The translations under genes and the position numbers were made by a program. Source: Eledone cirrhosa (lineage: Eukaryota). From it: a DNA stretch of 64,000 nt. Shown here piece by piece: positions 13,904 to 26,315 of this stretch. The stretch spans positions 97,402,001 to 97,466,000 of the forward strand of contig OZ024743.1 in NCBI GenBank assembly GCA_964016885.1, read 5' to 3'. Positions within the stretch are counted from its first letter, which is position 1; every line of letters starts with the position of its first letter. The notes beneath the pieces are model-generated. The model was given only the letters and a program-made list of their open reading frames with translations. It had not been told where the DNA came from and did no database searches.

Positions 13904-14386
13904 GCTGGATAGTAATATAATTTATCCCAGAAATAAGTATTAAAATATCATTCTAATTTGTAATCACGAGTTACTGCTATGTAAGTTTTGATAGGTCACC
14001 AAACCATTATCCCGTTTAGTATTGTTTAATTATTCATATATCTGGTAATTCTGCAATATATGTCATACTAATCAACGACTTCAAAAATTCAACATTTTAA
14101 TCAGAATCTCCGTAATTTACGACACGTTGTCACTATCTTGGCTTCGTTACATATTCTATCTTTAAAATCACACACATTTAAACTTACACATACACTCATA
14201 CTTATAACGATACTAATACACACACACACACTACTTTGCATTCCTATTCGTTACCAAGACTACCTAATAGCTTTTTTGTTTTCCCTCTTTATTTTCGTTG
14301 TTTTGTGGGGGGCGACAGGGAGAAAAGAGTACTTGATACCCAGTTAGAGTTTAATTATTCATGATATCAAGATTAAACAGTAAATC

Positions 14387-14490
14387 TTCTTAATCTGGAG
14401 TTTCGCCAGTTAATTCTAGGGTCATCAGACGAGAACAGGTTCTTGTCTGATGTTTCAGTGATAAATAGGCGAAACTCCAGAGTAACAAGA
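14387..14490. ncRNA. Head-to-head pair of partly decayed hammerheads
   Basis: Plus 14441-14490: TCTTGT-CTGATGT...GGC-GAAA-CTC CA GAG-TA-ACAAGA; minus 14387-14434: CTGATGA...GGC-GAAA-CTC CA GAT-TA. Confidence 0.65.
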
Positions 14491-14507
14491 CTCACTATTG
14501 AGTTTAT

Positions 14508-14547
<40 letters not shown>

Positions 14548-14761
14548 GTGTGTGTATGTATATATATATATATACACATACATAGATACATGTATGCATG
14601 TGTGAGTATGTATGCGCCTTTGTGCAATATATATATATATATATACGTGTGTGTGTGTGGATGAGTCCCGGGTTCAATCGGGGGTAACCACAGTAAGTAA
14701 GGTACGCAATTCATTAGTTGAGTGTAAATATCAAATCTACAAATCTAATGTAGAAATGGCT

Positions 14762-14804
14762 TCTACAGGACTAGAACTGTTTCATTCGAAAGAAATCATC
14801 AGGA
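14762..14804 (-). ncRNA. Hammerhead ribozyme (family A), short stem I
   Basis: TC-CTGATGA-TTTC TTTC GAAT-GAAA-CAG TTCTAGTC CTG-TA-GA. Confidence 0.7.
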
Positions 14805-14853
14805 TTCCTCTAGAAGCCATTTTTACATTAAATTCGAAGTATATATAAATATA

Positions 14854-14991
<138 letters not shown>

Positions 14992-15011
14992 CTGTGTGTG
15001 TGTATATATAT

Positions 15012-16415
15012 AGCTTTGATAGCACCACCTGGCGAAGTCTTACAAATCAGTGTTTGGGCACCATGGCCCACTTAAGCAGAGAGTTATTGTTTACGGAGGC
15101 ATATCCGGGTGTAGGAGGCTTATCCGGGATTTATTTAAGGAATTTGTCCAAAGACTTCTTGAACTTGATCGGATCTGTTTCTGTTTTGATGTGTTTTGGT
15201 GTAATGTTAAAGAGTGCAGGGCCAATTGAGGTGAAATAATTGTGCCGTATTGTGGTGATGAGATGCGAGTGAGATTTTTGTCGTGGGCGGATAGCACGGG
15301 GCCCAAGCCTTGGGTGTACATTAAAGGTGATGCCAACATCATTTGGGCAAAGCCAATGGAATATTTTCCACATCATGCAGATAATGTAGCGCTCACAGCG
15401 ACGTTGGAGAGAATAAAGATTGAGCTTTTCTAATCCACTCCAATACCAAGGACTGTCATGCCATCTATCTTTTTTGTAATCGATCTTTGGGGTGCTTCAA
15501 CTTTTATGATACTTTGTTTCGTGTGGGAAGACCACAGTGGACAACATTATTCAAGGTGTGGTCGGGCAAAAGTGGAGAAGAGAAGAACAACAGTGGGGAT
15601 ATCTCTCGACTGGAAGGTTGTGAGGATCCAGGAACACATTCTGCGGGCCATGTCAACTTTGCTGTTTATATGAGTGGCCCAGCTTATGTTGTTGTCGACA
15701 ATTACTCCCAGGTCTCTGATGTTGTTGGATGCCACTAGAGTTTCACCTGATGGAAAAGCATGGTAGTTTCAGGGCATCCTTTTTTCCAATGTGGATTAAT
15801 TCAAATTTCTCATTCGACAGCATATTATTATTTTCTGCCCATTGGATAACAGCGAGTATGTCTGACTTGGGCAAGTCCGGTCACCCACCTCATTGATGAC
15901 GCTTTGGAGATTGGAATCATCTGCGAAGATTCTTATATTGCTGTGCTTGATGTTGTCAGTAATGTCCTTAATGTAGATGATAAAAAGAAGTGGGTCCAAC
16001 ACATTGCCTTGTGGGACGCCACTGCTGACTTTGGCTGAGCTTGATTTTACTCTTTCGACTACAACATGTTGGGTTCTGTCTGTCAGGAAACATTTGATCC
16101 ACTTTAGTAAACTTCCAGAGACACCAACATTGGATAGTTTTTTCAGTAGAATCTTATGATCAACCCTGTCAAATGCCAAGCTTAAATCAAGGTAGATGAC
16201 ACCAGTGTTGGAGCCCTCTCCCAAGGCTCTCAAAAATCGTTAAACTGATGCAGGAGCTGCGTTAGGTAGTCCCTTCCATTATGGAACCCATGTTGATTGG
16301 AGTTCAGCATCCGTTGCTTTCAAGAAAGTGGGTTATTCGTGATCTCACTACCCTCTTAAACACCTTGATAATATGAGAGGTGAGTGAAATCGGACGGTAG
16401 TTCACTGCAGGGACT
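15012..16415 (-). mobile_element. 5'-truncated CR1-group LINE, RT pseudogene
   Basis: VNYRPISLTSH, IYLDLSLAFDRVDH, SGVPQG..LFIIYI, FADD, RDLGVIVD, FARPHLE; several stops and frameshifts. Confidence 0.9.
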
Positions 16416-16490
<75 letters not shown>

Positions 16491-16493
<3 letters not shown>

Positions 16494-16661
16494 ATACATT
16501 AACAGAGAAAGCTTTAAGCAATACTCTGACCGGCTTCCATCTCACTCAACAAACATTAGGATATACCTTAGTATAATCCCAATTTTACGTTTGGGGTGCT
16601 AACTATATGTATTTTGCGGATAGCCAGTTGTATTATTTTATATGAGACATAATTGAATATA

Positions 16662-16741
<80 letters not shown>

Positions 16742-16883
16742 TCTTATTTTTTTATATATGTATATATATATATATATATGTCTGTATATATATATAATAA
16801 ACAGCATATATTTCATAACTAAAAAGCTCTGTAGCCTACATAGAGCACTCTTTTTACCCCTACCTTTCCTACGGCAATATTTC

Positions 16884-16949
<66 letters not shown>

Positions 16950-17119
16950 TTTAACTTTAATTATATCTCATATAAAATAATACAACTGGCTTTCCACAAA
17001 ATACATATAGCTAGCACCCCAAACACTAAATTGTGATTATACTAACGTATAACCTAATGTTTGTTGAGTGAGATGGTTACCAGTCTGAATTTAGCTTAAA
17101 GCTTTCTCTGTTATTGTAT

Positions 17120-17123
<4 letters not shown>
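16491..17123. repeat. Diverged ~165 bp inverted arms separated by (TA)n runs and a central island
   Basis: 16491-16655 is the approximate reverse complement of 16958-17123. Confidence 0.8.
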
Positions 17124-17174
<51 letters not shown>

Positions 17175-17181
17175 GTATGTA

Positions 17182-17235
<54 letters not shown>

Positions 17236-17241
<6 letters not shown>

Positions 17242-17578
17242 TAACAGATTAAAGTTTAAGCAAAGAATCGGTGTCTTCACCCTTAACGGGATCTTCTGAA
17301 ACTAAAAATATTTGATATATATTTATCCTTATCGAGACCTCTTTGGATTTTAGTCTTCAAATTTATTATTACTATATATATATATATATAGGAACGAGTA
17401 GGACCCCGACGGCTGAGCTGAAGCCGTTTCGACGGCTAATTCTGGACTCATTAGCCGTCGAAACGGCTTGAGCTCAGCCATCGGGGTCCTACTCCTTCCT
17501 ATTACCCACTCTACTACCCTAAGTATTGAGTACTTTGGTGCGTTATGGTCCACCTGGTTCCTTACCACATTTCCTTCG

Positions 17579-17580
<2 letters not shown>
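17236..17580. mobile_element. Adjacent family D (17236-17372) and family B fold-back (17390-17580) remnants
   Basis: Sequence identity with the other D and B copies; separated by (TA)n. Confidence 0.8.
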
Positions 17581-17648
<68 letters not shown>

Positions 17649-17688
17649 GTATATATATATATACATAAAGAGAGAGAGAGATGGGAGA

Positions 17689-17743
<55 letters not shown>

Positions 17744-18748
17744 CATAAAGAGAGAGAGAGATGGGAGAGTAAAGGCGTGTGAGTGAGAGAGAAAGAGATA
17801 GAGAGAGACAGGTTGAGGAAAAGATTGTGTCTAAGAAGAGGGAGAGTGATGATAAATTGTTTGATTTTCCAGAGAACATTAGAAACGCTAGCGAATTTAA
17901 ATGACATTGAATAATAAGGAAAATGAAGGAGCGGTCTAGATACTCTTTCAGCTTACTGTCATTTGTACACTGCACACCTATTTTGACATTGATGGCCTGT
18001 CAGTCATACTAGAATCTCCATTCCTCTGTCTCATTAGTGAAGTGCACAAGAAATGAAGTCACGTTGACATTATGAATATATATTTTTGACAGTGGCTAAC
18101 ACTGGCCTAAAAGTGAAATGGTTGCTATATAACGAATACACGAATATATTGTATATAAATATAGAAAGAAGGGGAACAGGGCTATATTAGTTCTGAAAAA
18201 GAAATTGAAAGGAAAAAAGTTAGGGAGGAGATTGTCATCTTGTAAAATATAATATATTTTCCATTGGTCTTACCATTGTAGATTATTTTTACCTGTCGCA
18301 ATAAGAACTTTATATTTGCAAAAAAATTATTTCGTTATTAGACCATTCGATAATAAACAGCCTGAAAAACCTTATTTTTTTCTATGATACAAAGGTGTTT
18401 CTTGTACACTGTTTATATTTAAATTAAATCATTCCATTATAATTTTATATGAAAATATTTCTAAAATTCTAAACAGAAGATAAACGATGAGAAATGTAGT
18501 TACATAAAGAAATATTCCGAAATATTTGATTATTTTGAAAATAAATTGAGAATTATGTACAGAGTGTGTAACAGAAATATGGTAATGATGAGATTAAAGC
18601 ATTTTACCAAACAACTGACGTTCTGGTATAATTTTTCAACAGGAGTATTGTCAATACTTTAGTAGACACATCAACAAGATTCTGACCTGTGAAGCTGATG
18701 GATTGTGTTTTACAAGAAACTATACTAGACGATAGAGAAACCAGATTT

Positions 18749-18817
18749 ATAATATAATATAATATAATATAATATAATATATAATATATAATATAATATA
18801 TAATATAGTATAATATA
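18749..18817. repeat. (ATATA)n microsatellite
   Basis: Direct reading. Confidence 0.9.
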
Positions 18818-19020
18818 TTTACATATAGGAATGTTTCGTTTACAGGGATAGTTCATGCTCCTTCTTTAAGACTTCATGGAACTTGACATGTAAGAGTCAC
18901 TTTTGGATAAATCAATTTATACTAATTATGGTCGCTGTCTTTCCTTAACAAATTATTTCAGAACAAATATATGTATATAAATAACATACAAACACATACA
19001 GACACATAAAGCCGGACACA

Positions 19021-19133
<113 letters not shown>

Positions 19134-19225
19134 AGTATGGGTTGGTTGTTTACCGACACCTCAGTATGCAAGTAGGAGCACTCAACTACGTGCGCAGATT
19201 GGTTTGTTCACTCGAGAGTAATGTA

Positions 19226-19257
<32 letters not shown>

Positions 19258-19269
19258 GTATATATATAT

Positions 19270-19407
19270 ATGTTTGAAAAAAAGGAAAAGAATGACTTCA
19301 CTTGTAGTGTTAAAAAAATTTTGATTTAATTTTATATTATAATATAAAATTAAATCAATAATTTTTTAACACTACAAGTGAAGTCATTCTTTTCCTTTTC
19401 TTCAAAC

Positions 19408-19409
<2 letters not shown>
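19270..19409. repeat. TA-flanked ~140 bp near-perfect palindrome
   Basis: GAAAAGAATGACTTCACTTGTAGTGTTAAAAAA ... TTTTTTAACACTACAAGTGAAGTCATTCTTTTC. Confidence 0.85.
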
Positions 19410-19482
<73 letters not shown>

Positions 19483-19487
<5 letters not shown>

Positions 19488-19765
19488 TAAATAACAGATT
19501 AAAGTTTAAGCAAAGAATCGCTGCTTTCACCCTTAACGTCTTCCTGTCTTCCTCCGGTTGCAACGTTTTTCGAAATATCCAGTTCTGCGTTTACAGATTG
19601 ACTTTGTTAGTTTCAGAAGATCCCGTTAAGGGTGAAAGCAGCGATTCTTTGCTTAAACTTTAATCTGTTATTTAATAAATATTTGCTCTACGGTTCTTAT
19701 ATATTTGATATATATTTATCCTTATCGAGCCCTCTTTGGATCTTAGTCTTCAATTTTATTATTAT

Positions 19766-19769
<4 letters not shown>
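19483..19769. mobile_element. Family D fold-back element
   Basis: Short left arm 19483-19538 is inverted relative to 19625-19681; the right arm has a ~90 bp tail. Confidence 0.8.
19609..19659 (+). ncRNA. Hammerhead-like motif with U4A core (family D)
   Basis: AGTTT-CAGAAGA-TCCC GTTAA GGGT-GAAA-GCA GCGATTCTT TGC-TT-AAACT; all three stems pair. Confidence 0.7.
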
Positions 19770-19824
<55 letters not shown>

Positions 19825-20264
19825 AGTATGTATGTATATATGTATGTATATGGGTATGTATGCTTTTATGTATATAGACATCTGGAGGGAGTCGTATGGC
19901 TGTTTTCTTGACGTCCTTCGTTTCTAATTCAATGTTAAAATATGGCGGATATCATCAAACTGCAGGTCTGCAACTAACTCCTTGAAGATAGAATGTCTGA
20001 TAGAGGAGACGGAGGACGTAAGTTGGAGAGAGTGATGGGGGAGTAGAGAGAGAGAAAGAGAGATGGTGTGTGTGTAAGCGAAAGCAGAATTGACCCTGGC
20101 TCTAGATCAATGTGGTACATTTTTCATCGACCTTGAAAAAGGCAAAGATGTTCACGTCAACAGGCAGTATTAGCAACCATTGCACAGAAAGTCAAATATT
20201 ACGAAGCATGTCACTTCCCCGCCTTATATCCTCTCATATATACACAAATACACACACACACGCG

Positions 20265-20315
<51 letters not shown>

Positions 20316-20663
20316 ATGTATGGATATGTATGGATATAAATATATGTCGTTTTCCTCGCTGTTTAACGAAAGTGTTCACTCAGACCAGCTGGGTTAAACT
20401 CTTAATGCCAACTTAGATTTCAATAGAGTGAGGAAACGACCGAAGCTATGTCCGTTCTGGTCGAGTTGCTTCGTCTCCTAATTAAATAATAATAATATAT
20501 ATATAATTATTGTGTCTGTGTGTGCTTGTGCATGTACAAATGTTGCCGGATATAATACTTTGTGGTATTTATTCTGTATTGCTGTACTCTGTGTTATAAA
20601 GCCATGTATTCCGACTCATTTATTTTATATTGTCAAAGACGAGTTTGAAATAAAAATGGTAAA

Positions 20664-20664
<1 letters not shown>

Positions 20665-20702
<38 letters not shown>

Positions 20703-20752
20703 TGTTTCTTTCTTTATTTATTTATAGATAGATAGATAGATAAATAAATAGA
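20665..20752. repeat. (GATA)n microsatellite
   Basis: Direct reading. Confidence 0.9.
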
Positions 20753-21383
20753 TATATAAATGAATAAATAAAAATCTTGGCTGGCTCATGATATTATAAA
20801 ATATTTATTCATACATTCCGGTAAATGAAGAATAACCAAGTTAGTTATTTACAGTTCTTATTGCTGGTCCCAATTCTTCCACTTGTAACTTAATACTGGT
20901 AAATGCTGATGAGGGCGACGTATTCTGAATTAAAACCGCCAATTCATATCTTATTTATAGCAAATAAGCGGGCCATTTATCCCATTATTCAATATATATC
21001 TTCTGTGATCAGTAACTATGGCTGAAACAAGGGGAACACAGTTATTAACATAACCAGTTCATTGCAAATACCTTTTTGAGTGAACTTCTAAGAAAATTAA
21101 GAATTGGTTCAATAGTGGATGGCATATAATGAGGATGTCATCGGAGAAGGACTCTGTCGTCCTTTAATAAGGAAAATTTATGGGGATTGAAGTGGATTCA
21201 AATTTGGAAGGTATAGATGAAAGCTTAAAATATGCCGTCGAATAGTATCACGATAAAAAATATAACGGAACTTATGATATATTGGAGTTAGCAGCCAAAT
21301 CGTACTTTATACCTACTGTCCTGTGTATGAGCTAACGTGACAGGCATCTAGATGTTAGTATAGACTTCTGTAACTTTGCGACA

Positions 21384-21465
<82 letters not shown>

Positions 21466-21594
21466 GGCGAGAGGGTGGGGCAGAAAGAGAGAGCGCGGGT
21501 AGATAGAGAAATAGTGAGGTAGACAGATAGATACATTCATACACCAAAATCTTTATAAACTTAAAGATCAACCAATAATGGTGCAGGTCATGTC

Positions 21595-21830
21595 TAATTT
21601 ATTAACACCACCTAACGAAGAATTTAGTCACATTTTCGGATACTGTAGTGTACTGGAGTCGAGAACTGTTATTTGGTAAAACATTTCGAGTTTTCAATGA
21701 TGTGTTTGGCGTTTCTAGGAAAATGTTTTTCAAGTTCGTTATGAATGTTATGGATATTTTCATACTAGATTTACCTTTCGAGTCACGCTAGAGAGAACGC
21801 AGGGAAAGTTGATTTGAAAAATTGTGTCAT
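21595..21830 (-). mobile_element. Very decayed CR1-like LINE 3' end
   Basis: ACACCACCTAACGAA start and patchy similarity to 6472-6680 and 15020-15245. Confidence 0.4.
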
Positions 21831-22293
21831 ATACTAGTTATGTACTATTAGCTAAGTTTTTGTAAGTCATGTGTAATACGGAGGAGTGGTAGTCTCAAGA
21901 TAGTTTCGATTATACTTAGTGAAACGCTAATAGCAGTTTTTTTGCATTGTACTTCCCATTACAACGTTGTATATTTGTCCGGGTAACTGCTTTACGTGCT
22001 CAAATCTAGATGAGGTCCAATTTCTTTTTTATCCCTTCGGAGTCGATAAAGAAAGTACCAGCTCAATGCTGGTGCACACCTCTCTGCTTCCAGTTGGCAC
22101 ACACTGCATGTTTCACTGGATCAATGAAGGAGAATCAGGTGTGAGCCTGCGTCTGCGCGCGACTGGAGGAACACATGACACCCTTAACAAAAGCATGAAC
22201 TGCGAGTGATTTAGCGTTTACAGCCTGGTTCTCATTGTGACAACGTATAAACAACACGAAAGAAAGTAAGCGGTACCTATATATATATATATA

Positions 22294-22402
22294 TCCTGAT
22301 GAAAGGCTTATGCCCGAAACGTCCCCTCCCACTCTCAAGCGTGAAGCTAATGCTAACACTCTGTACTGCACTCTTCGTTATTGTTTTGGTTTTCTGTTTT
22401 AA

Positions 22403-22405
<3 letters not shown>
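22294..22405 (+). mobile_element. PLE-end remnant beginning at a hammerhead core
   Basis: CTGATGA-A-AGGC TTAT GCCC-GAAA-CG-TC at 22296-22323; the 5' strand of stem I is replaced by (TA)n. Confidence 0.75.
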
Positions 22406-22446
<41 letters not shown>

Positions 22447-22847
22447 CATATCAAAGACAAAGTTCTAGATCGGTTTCTTTAGAATTCTGTAATAGACATT
22501 TCTCACTATCGCACTGTTCATCATTCTTGTTGCTGAAAACTGCAATCAGTTTCACATTAATTATTTGCATTTGTACTGCTCCATGCCCCATCCACTGTAG
22601 TCGTCTTCCTTCTTGCTCCCATCTTACCTCCCACTATCATTCAGCACCTCTCATAATGTCACTCCTTCCTCACACAAATCTTTCTATCTTAATGTATTTC
22701 CCTTTTATTTTATATTTAGTGTTCATCCCATCAGATATTATTTAATTGATGCATTTACACACCTCCCCGCTCACCACCACACTCACTTACTAAGATCGCT
22801 CTTGCGTAGATTCATATCTAACATTTTCTGTCTTTGCCAAATATATC

Positions 22848-22995
22848 CGCACACACATACACACGAATGCGCGCACACACCACACACACACATACACACG
22901 AATGCGCGCGGACATCGCACAAACATACACACGAATGCGCGCGCACACCACACACACACATACACACGAATGCGCGCGCACACCACACACACACA
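22848..22995. repeat. CA-rich minisatellite, four copies of CATACACACGAATGCGCGC
   Basis: Direct reading; unit ~33-38 bp. Confidence 0.85.
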
Positions 22996-23334
22996 TGCAT
23001 AGCAACTACAACAAACATATATATGTGCGTGTGTATGACTGTTTGTATGTGTCTGTGTATATATATGTGTGCGTATCCTTGCTACGCAAGTGTGCATAAT
23101 TCTGTTATGATCGACGATCGATATTAATGAAATACACGCATGTACATATATGTGAAGGAGAAGATCATTCGCAGCCCATATTTGATTGGGTGATATTACA
23201 GTCATTATATAGTCAGTTTCTTGTACTTAAAACCGTACAAATTGTCCGGTGTCTGCTACCATTTCTTGTCCATAAACGTCACATTCTGCTTCTCCCACTC
23301 CTTCTTATACATTTGTTCTTATCCACACCTTACT

Positions 23335-23352
23335 TTCTTTCTTTCTCTCTCC

Positions 23353-23402
<50 letters not shown>

Positions 23403-23431
23403 ATCTCTCTTTCTTTCTTTCTTTCTTTCTT
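23335..23431. repeat. (CTTT)n microsatellite
   Basis: Direct reading. Confidence 0.9.
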
Positions 23432-23759
23432 CACTTCTCCAGCTTCTCTCGACAGATATCACCTTTTACAGTAATGTGTATAGTAATTAGTTTTTCAGGC
23501 CGGTATTTTCAATGTCATTTTTGTTTTTTCCTTTTATGCACTCAGGGAGGCCCAGCACCGGGTTAGCATTGTGGTTTTCGGCTTGGACCATAACGCACCA
23601 GAGTACTCAATACTTAGGGTAGTGGAGTGGGTAATAGGAAAATGTTTGACCCTGACGGCAGCCGTTTCAAAAAGGTTTGATCTCTGCCGTCGGGGTCAAA
23701 CATTTTCCCATATATATATATATATATTAAGTAAACCTATATATATATATATATATATA

Positions 23760-24150
23760 TACAAATAGTGAAAACAATGAAATTAAACAAAATACGAGTA
23801 ATTCATAGTAAAACTCATTATTTTACGATCGTTTCTGGGGGGTAGTTCTCCGTATGCTCATTCTATTAGTGATCTGTGTAAAATATATTACAAATTATCA
23901 AGAAAATTAACATACGTCTTCCCTACCTGCCGTAAGACGGCGGTAGGGAAGACATATGTTAATTTTCTTGATAATTTGTAATATATTTTACACAGATCAC
24001 TAATTTCATTGTTTTCACTATTTGTATTATTTTGACTCTGCTTCTAATGAATTATATCGCTGAAATTTTGTATTTTAAACGACATTTTCTACATACGGAT
24101 TACATTGAGTTCTTCATACGGCTTGGACCTACCCTTAATTGGTGGATTTA
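23760..24150. mobile_element. TA-flanked nested fold-back element
   Basis: Inner palindrome 23866-24003 centred on GCCGTAAGACGGC; outer arms 23760-23785 and 24001-24027; minus-strand GAAA-CGATCG-TA at 23824-23835. Confidence 0.7.
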
Positions 24151-24156
24151 TCTGTG

Positions 24157-24202
<46 letters not shown>

Positions 24203-24300
24203 GGAAGGAGAGAGATGTGTGTGGGTGTGTATAAATGCGTATATTTGTGTGTGAGAGAGAAATATATCTATTTGTTTGCCCGATTACAATATTTTAAAAG

Positions 24301-24303
24301 TAA

Positions 24304-24350
<47 letters not shown>

Positions 24351-24369
24351 TAGCAGCAGCAGCACCAGC

Positions 24370-24431
<62 letters not shown>

Positions 24432-24470
24432 CACAAGCAGCAGTAGTAGTAGTAGTAGTAGTGGTGGTGG
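24301..24470. repeat. (TAG)n/(CAG)n trinucleotide tract
   Basis: Direct reading. Confidence 0.95.
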
Positions 24471-25723
24471 AGCAAATTTTTCTCGGTGTAGATTGATCCC
24501 AGATGGTAAATGTCTCCAACCTAGTATACGAGTAGAACCTGACCTTTTACTGTTTATGCCATTCAGTACTCTCAAGATTAGGAAGGGTTTCCGATGGTTT
24601 ATTGGATGAACAGAAGGACGGGGACACACAATTATTTCTGATATTTAGTTACGATCTAAGCCTGGTAAGGTGATTGTGGCTCCACCACCTGGAGAGTTTA
24701 AACTCCATGACCATAATACATGAGATCCTCGTAACTATCCTATTATTTTTCCTTCTCTTGTCACTGGACATATAACTGTGGGGATAAAGTGGGTGCTATG
24801 TGTGTAACACAACCCCCCAGTATTTCCATCTTTATGTGCAGATATTTCTTCACAAATCCCACAGCGATTCAGGAGTAGCAACGTGTGTAGACTCAACCGG
24901 TTAGAAGAACCTAGACCCAAAGCTAAACGTGCGTCACTCAATTCTCCTCCTAACGTTGTTGTACTATTAACCTGGATGAAATGAGATATAGAGGAAGAAT
25001 CGATCCCAGTACTAGACTAGTACATTTTTTTTATCGACCTCGAAATCAGTTCATCAGTTGTACTTTATATTACTGAACATGTTAAAGGGCCATATTAAGT
25101 ACTGTTAGGAATAACGTTACCATAAGTAGCTTTGCCAGGTAGGAGCATTGTGGAAATATAAAATAGGTGGCGAGGGTTGTTTGGTGCTATGTCCCGTAAG
25201 ATTATTCGACACGGGGGAACATGGTCTGTGTCGAAAAAATGCAGTAATTCTAAGAGTAGTCAGAGGAAGAATCGTGAAAAGTAGATTAGTGTATTTGCCA
25301 CAATGTAATTTAAACTCCTTGTACTGGATCGGATAATTGAGAGAAGGGGCGGAGATAATAGAGCTAAAGTGTTAAAGACCCACGCAACAATAACGACCAA
25401 AAGATGCTGTCAACCTATTCTCATATAATGACAATTATAACAACATCGCTGTAATAGCAAATAATTTAGGAGAAGACTATATGGAACTGTTAAGACGCAT
25501 TTCATAGAAATGAAGGAGAATATTATAGAATAGTAGAGAATATTGAAATTAATATCAAAAACATAAATAAAGCATACAGTTATAAAGGAAGCAGACACCC
25601 CAGTAATAAACTAGAGATTCTATATTTCCATATTATAAACACGAACTTATTGGAAGTTAATCGAACTGAATAGAGAACCATGTGGAAACCGACAGTACAA
25701 CTCAATGCATTTCCATATGTATA

Positions 25724-25786
<63 letters not shown>

Positions 25787-25933
25787 AGAAAGAGAGAGTG
25801 TGAGAGAGAGAGAGAGAGAGAGAGACAGACTTGTGAGTGAACAAAAACTATAAAAAAATACGTTTATACAGTATTACCACAATGAGTGGAGTATTTAATA
25901 ATTTACCTCGTATGTAGACTGCCAATATTAAAT

Positions 25934-25987
<54 letters not shown>

Positions 25988-25989
25988 AC

Positions 25990-26061
<72 letters not shown>

Positions 26062-26069
26062 TATATATA

Positions 26070-26315
26070 ATTGTTTCTGATTTAGGCACAAGACCAACAA
26101 TTGTGTGGGAGGGGAAGTCGATTAAATCGACTCAGTGCATTACTGGTACTTTATTTTTATCGAGCTCGTAAAGATGAAAGCCAAAGTTAATCTCGGTGGG
26201 ATTTTAACTCAGAACTAATAATAATAATTGTTTCTACTTTTGGCACAAGGCCAGCAATTACCCAGTGCATTACTGGTACTTTATTTTATCGACCCCGTAA
26301 GGATGAAAGGCAAAG
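26070..26315 (-). mobile_element. Two truncated copies of the TCATCC..GTCGATAAA SINE
   Basis: TACTGGTACTTTATTTTATCGACCCCGTAAGGATGAAAGGCAAAG, as at 60197-60245. Confidence 0.75.

Noticed and set aside
20900-20950. CTGATGA-GGGCG..CGCC hammerhead candidate
   Set aside because: GAAA and stem I are missing
24032-24629. Poly-Ser/Val/Thr/Leu ORFs
   Set aside because: Translations of the (TAG)n tract
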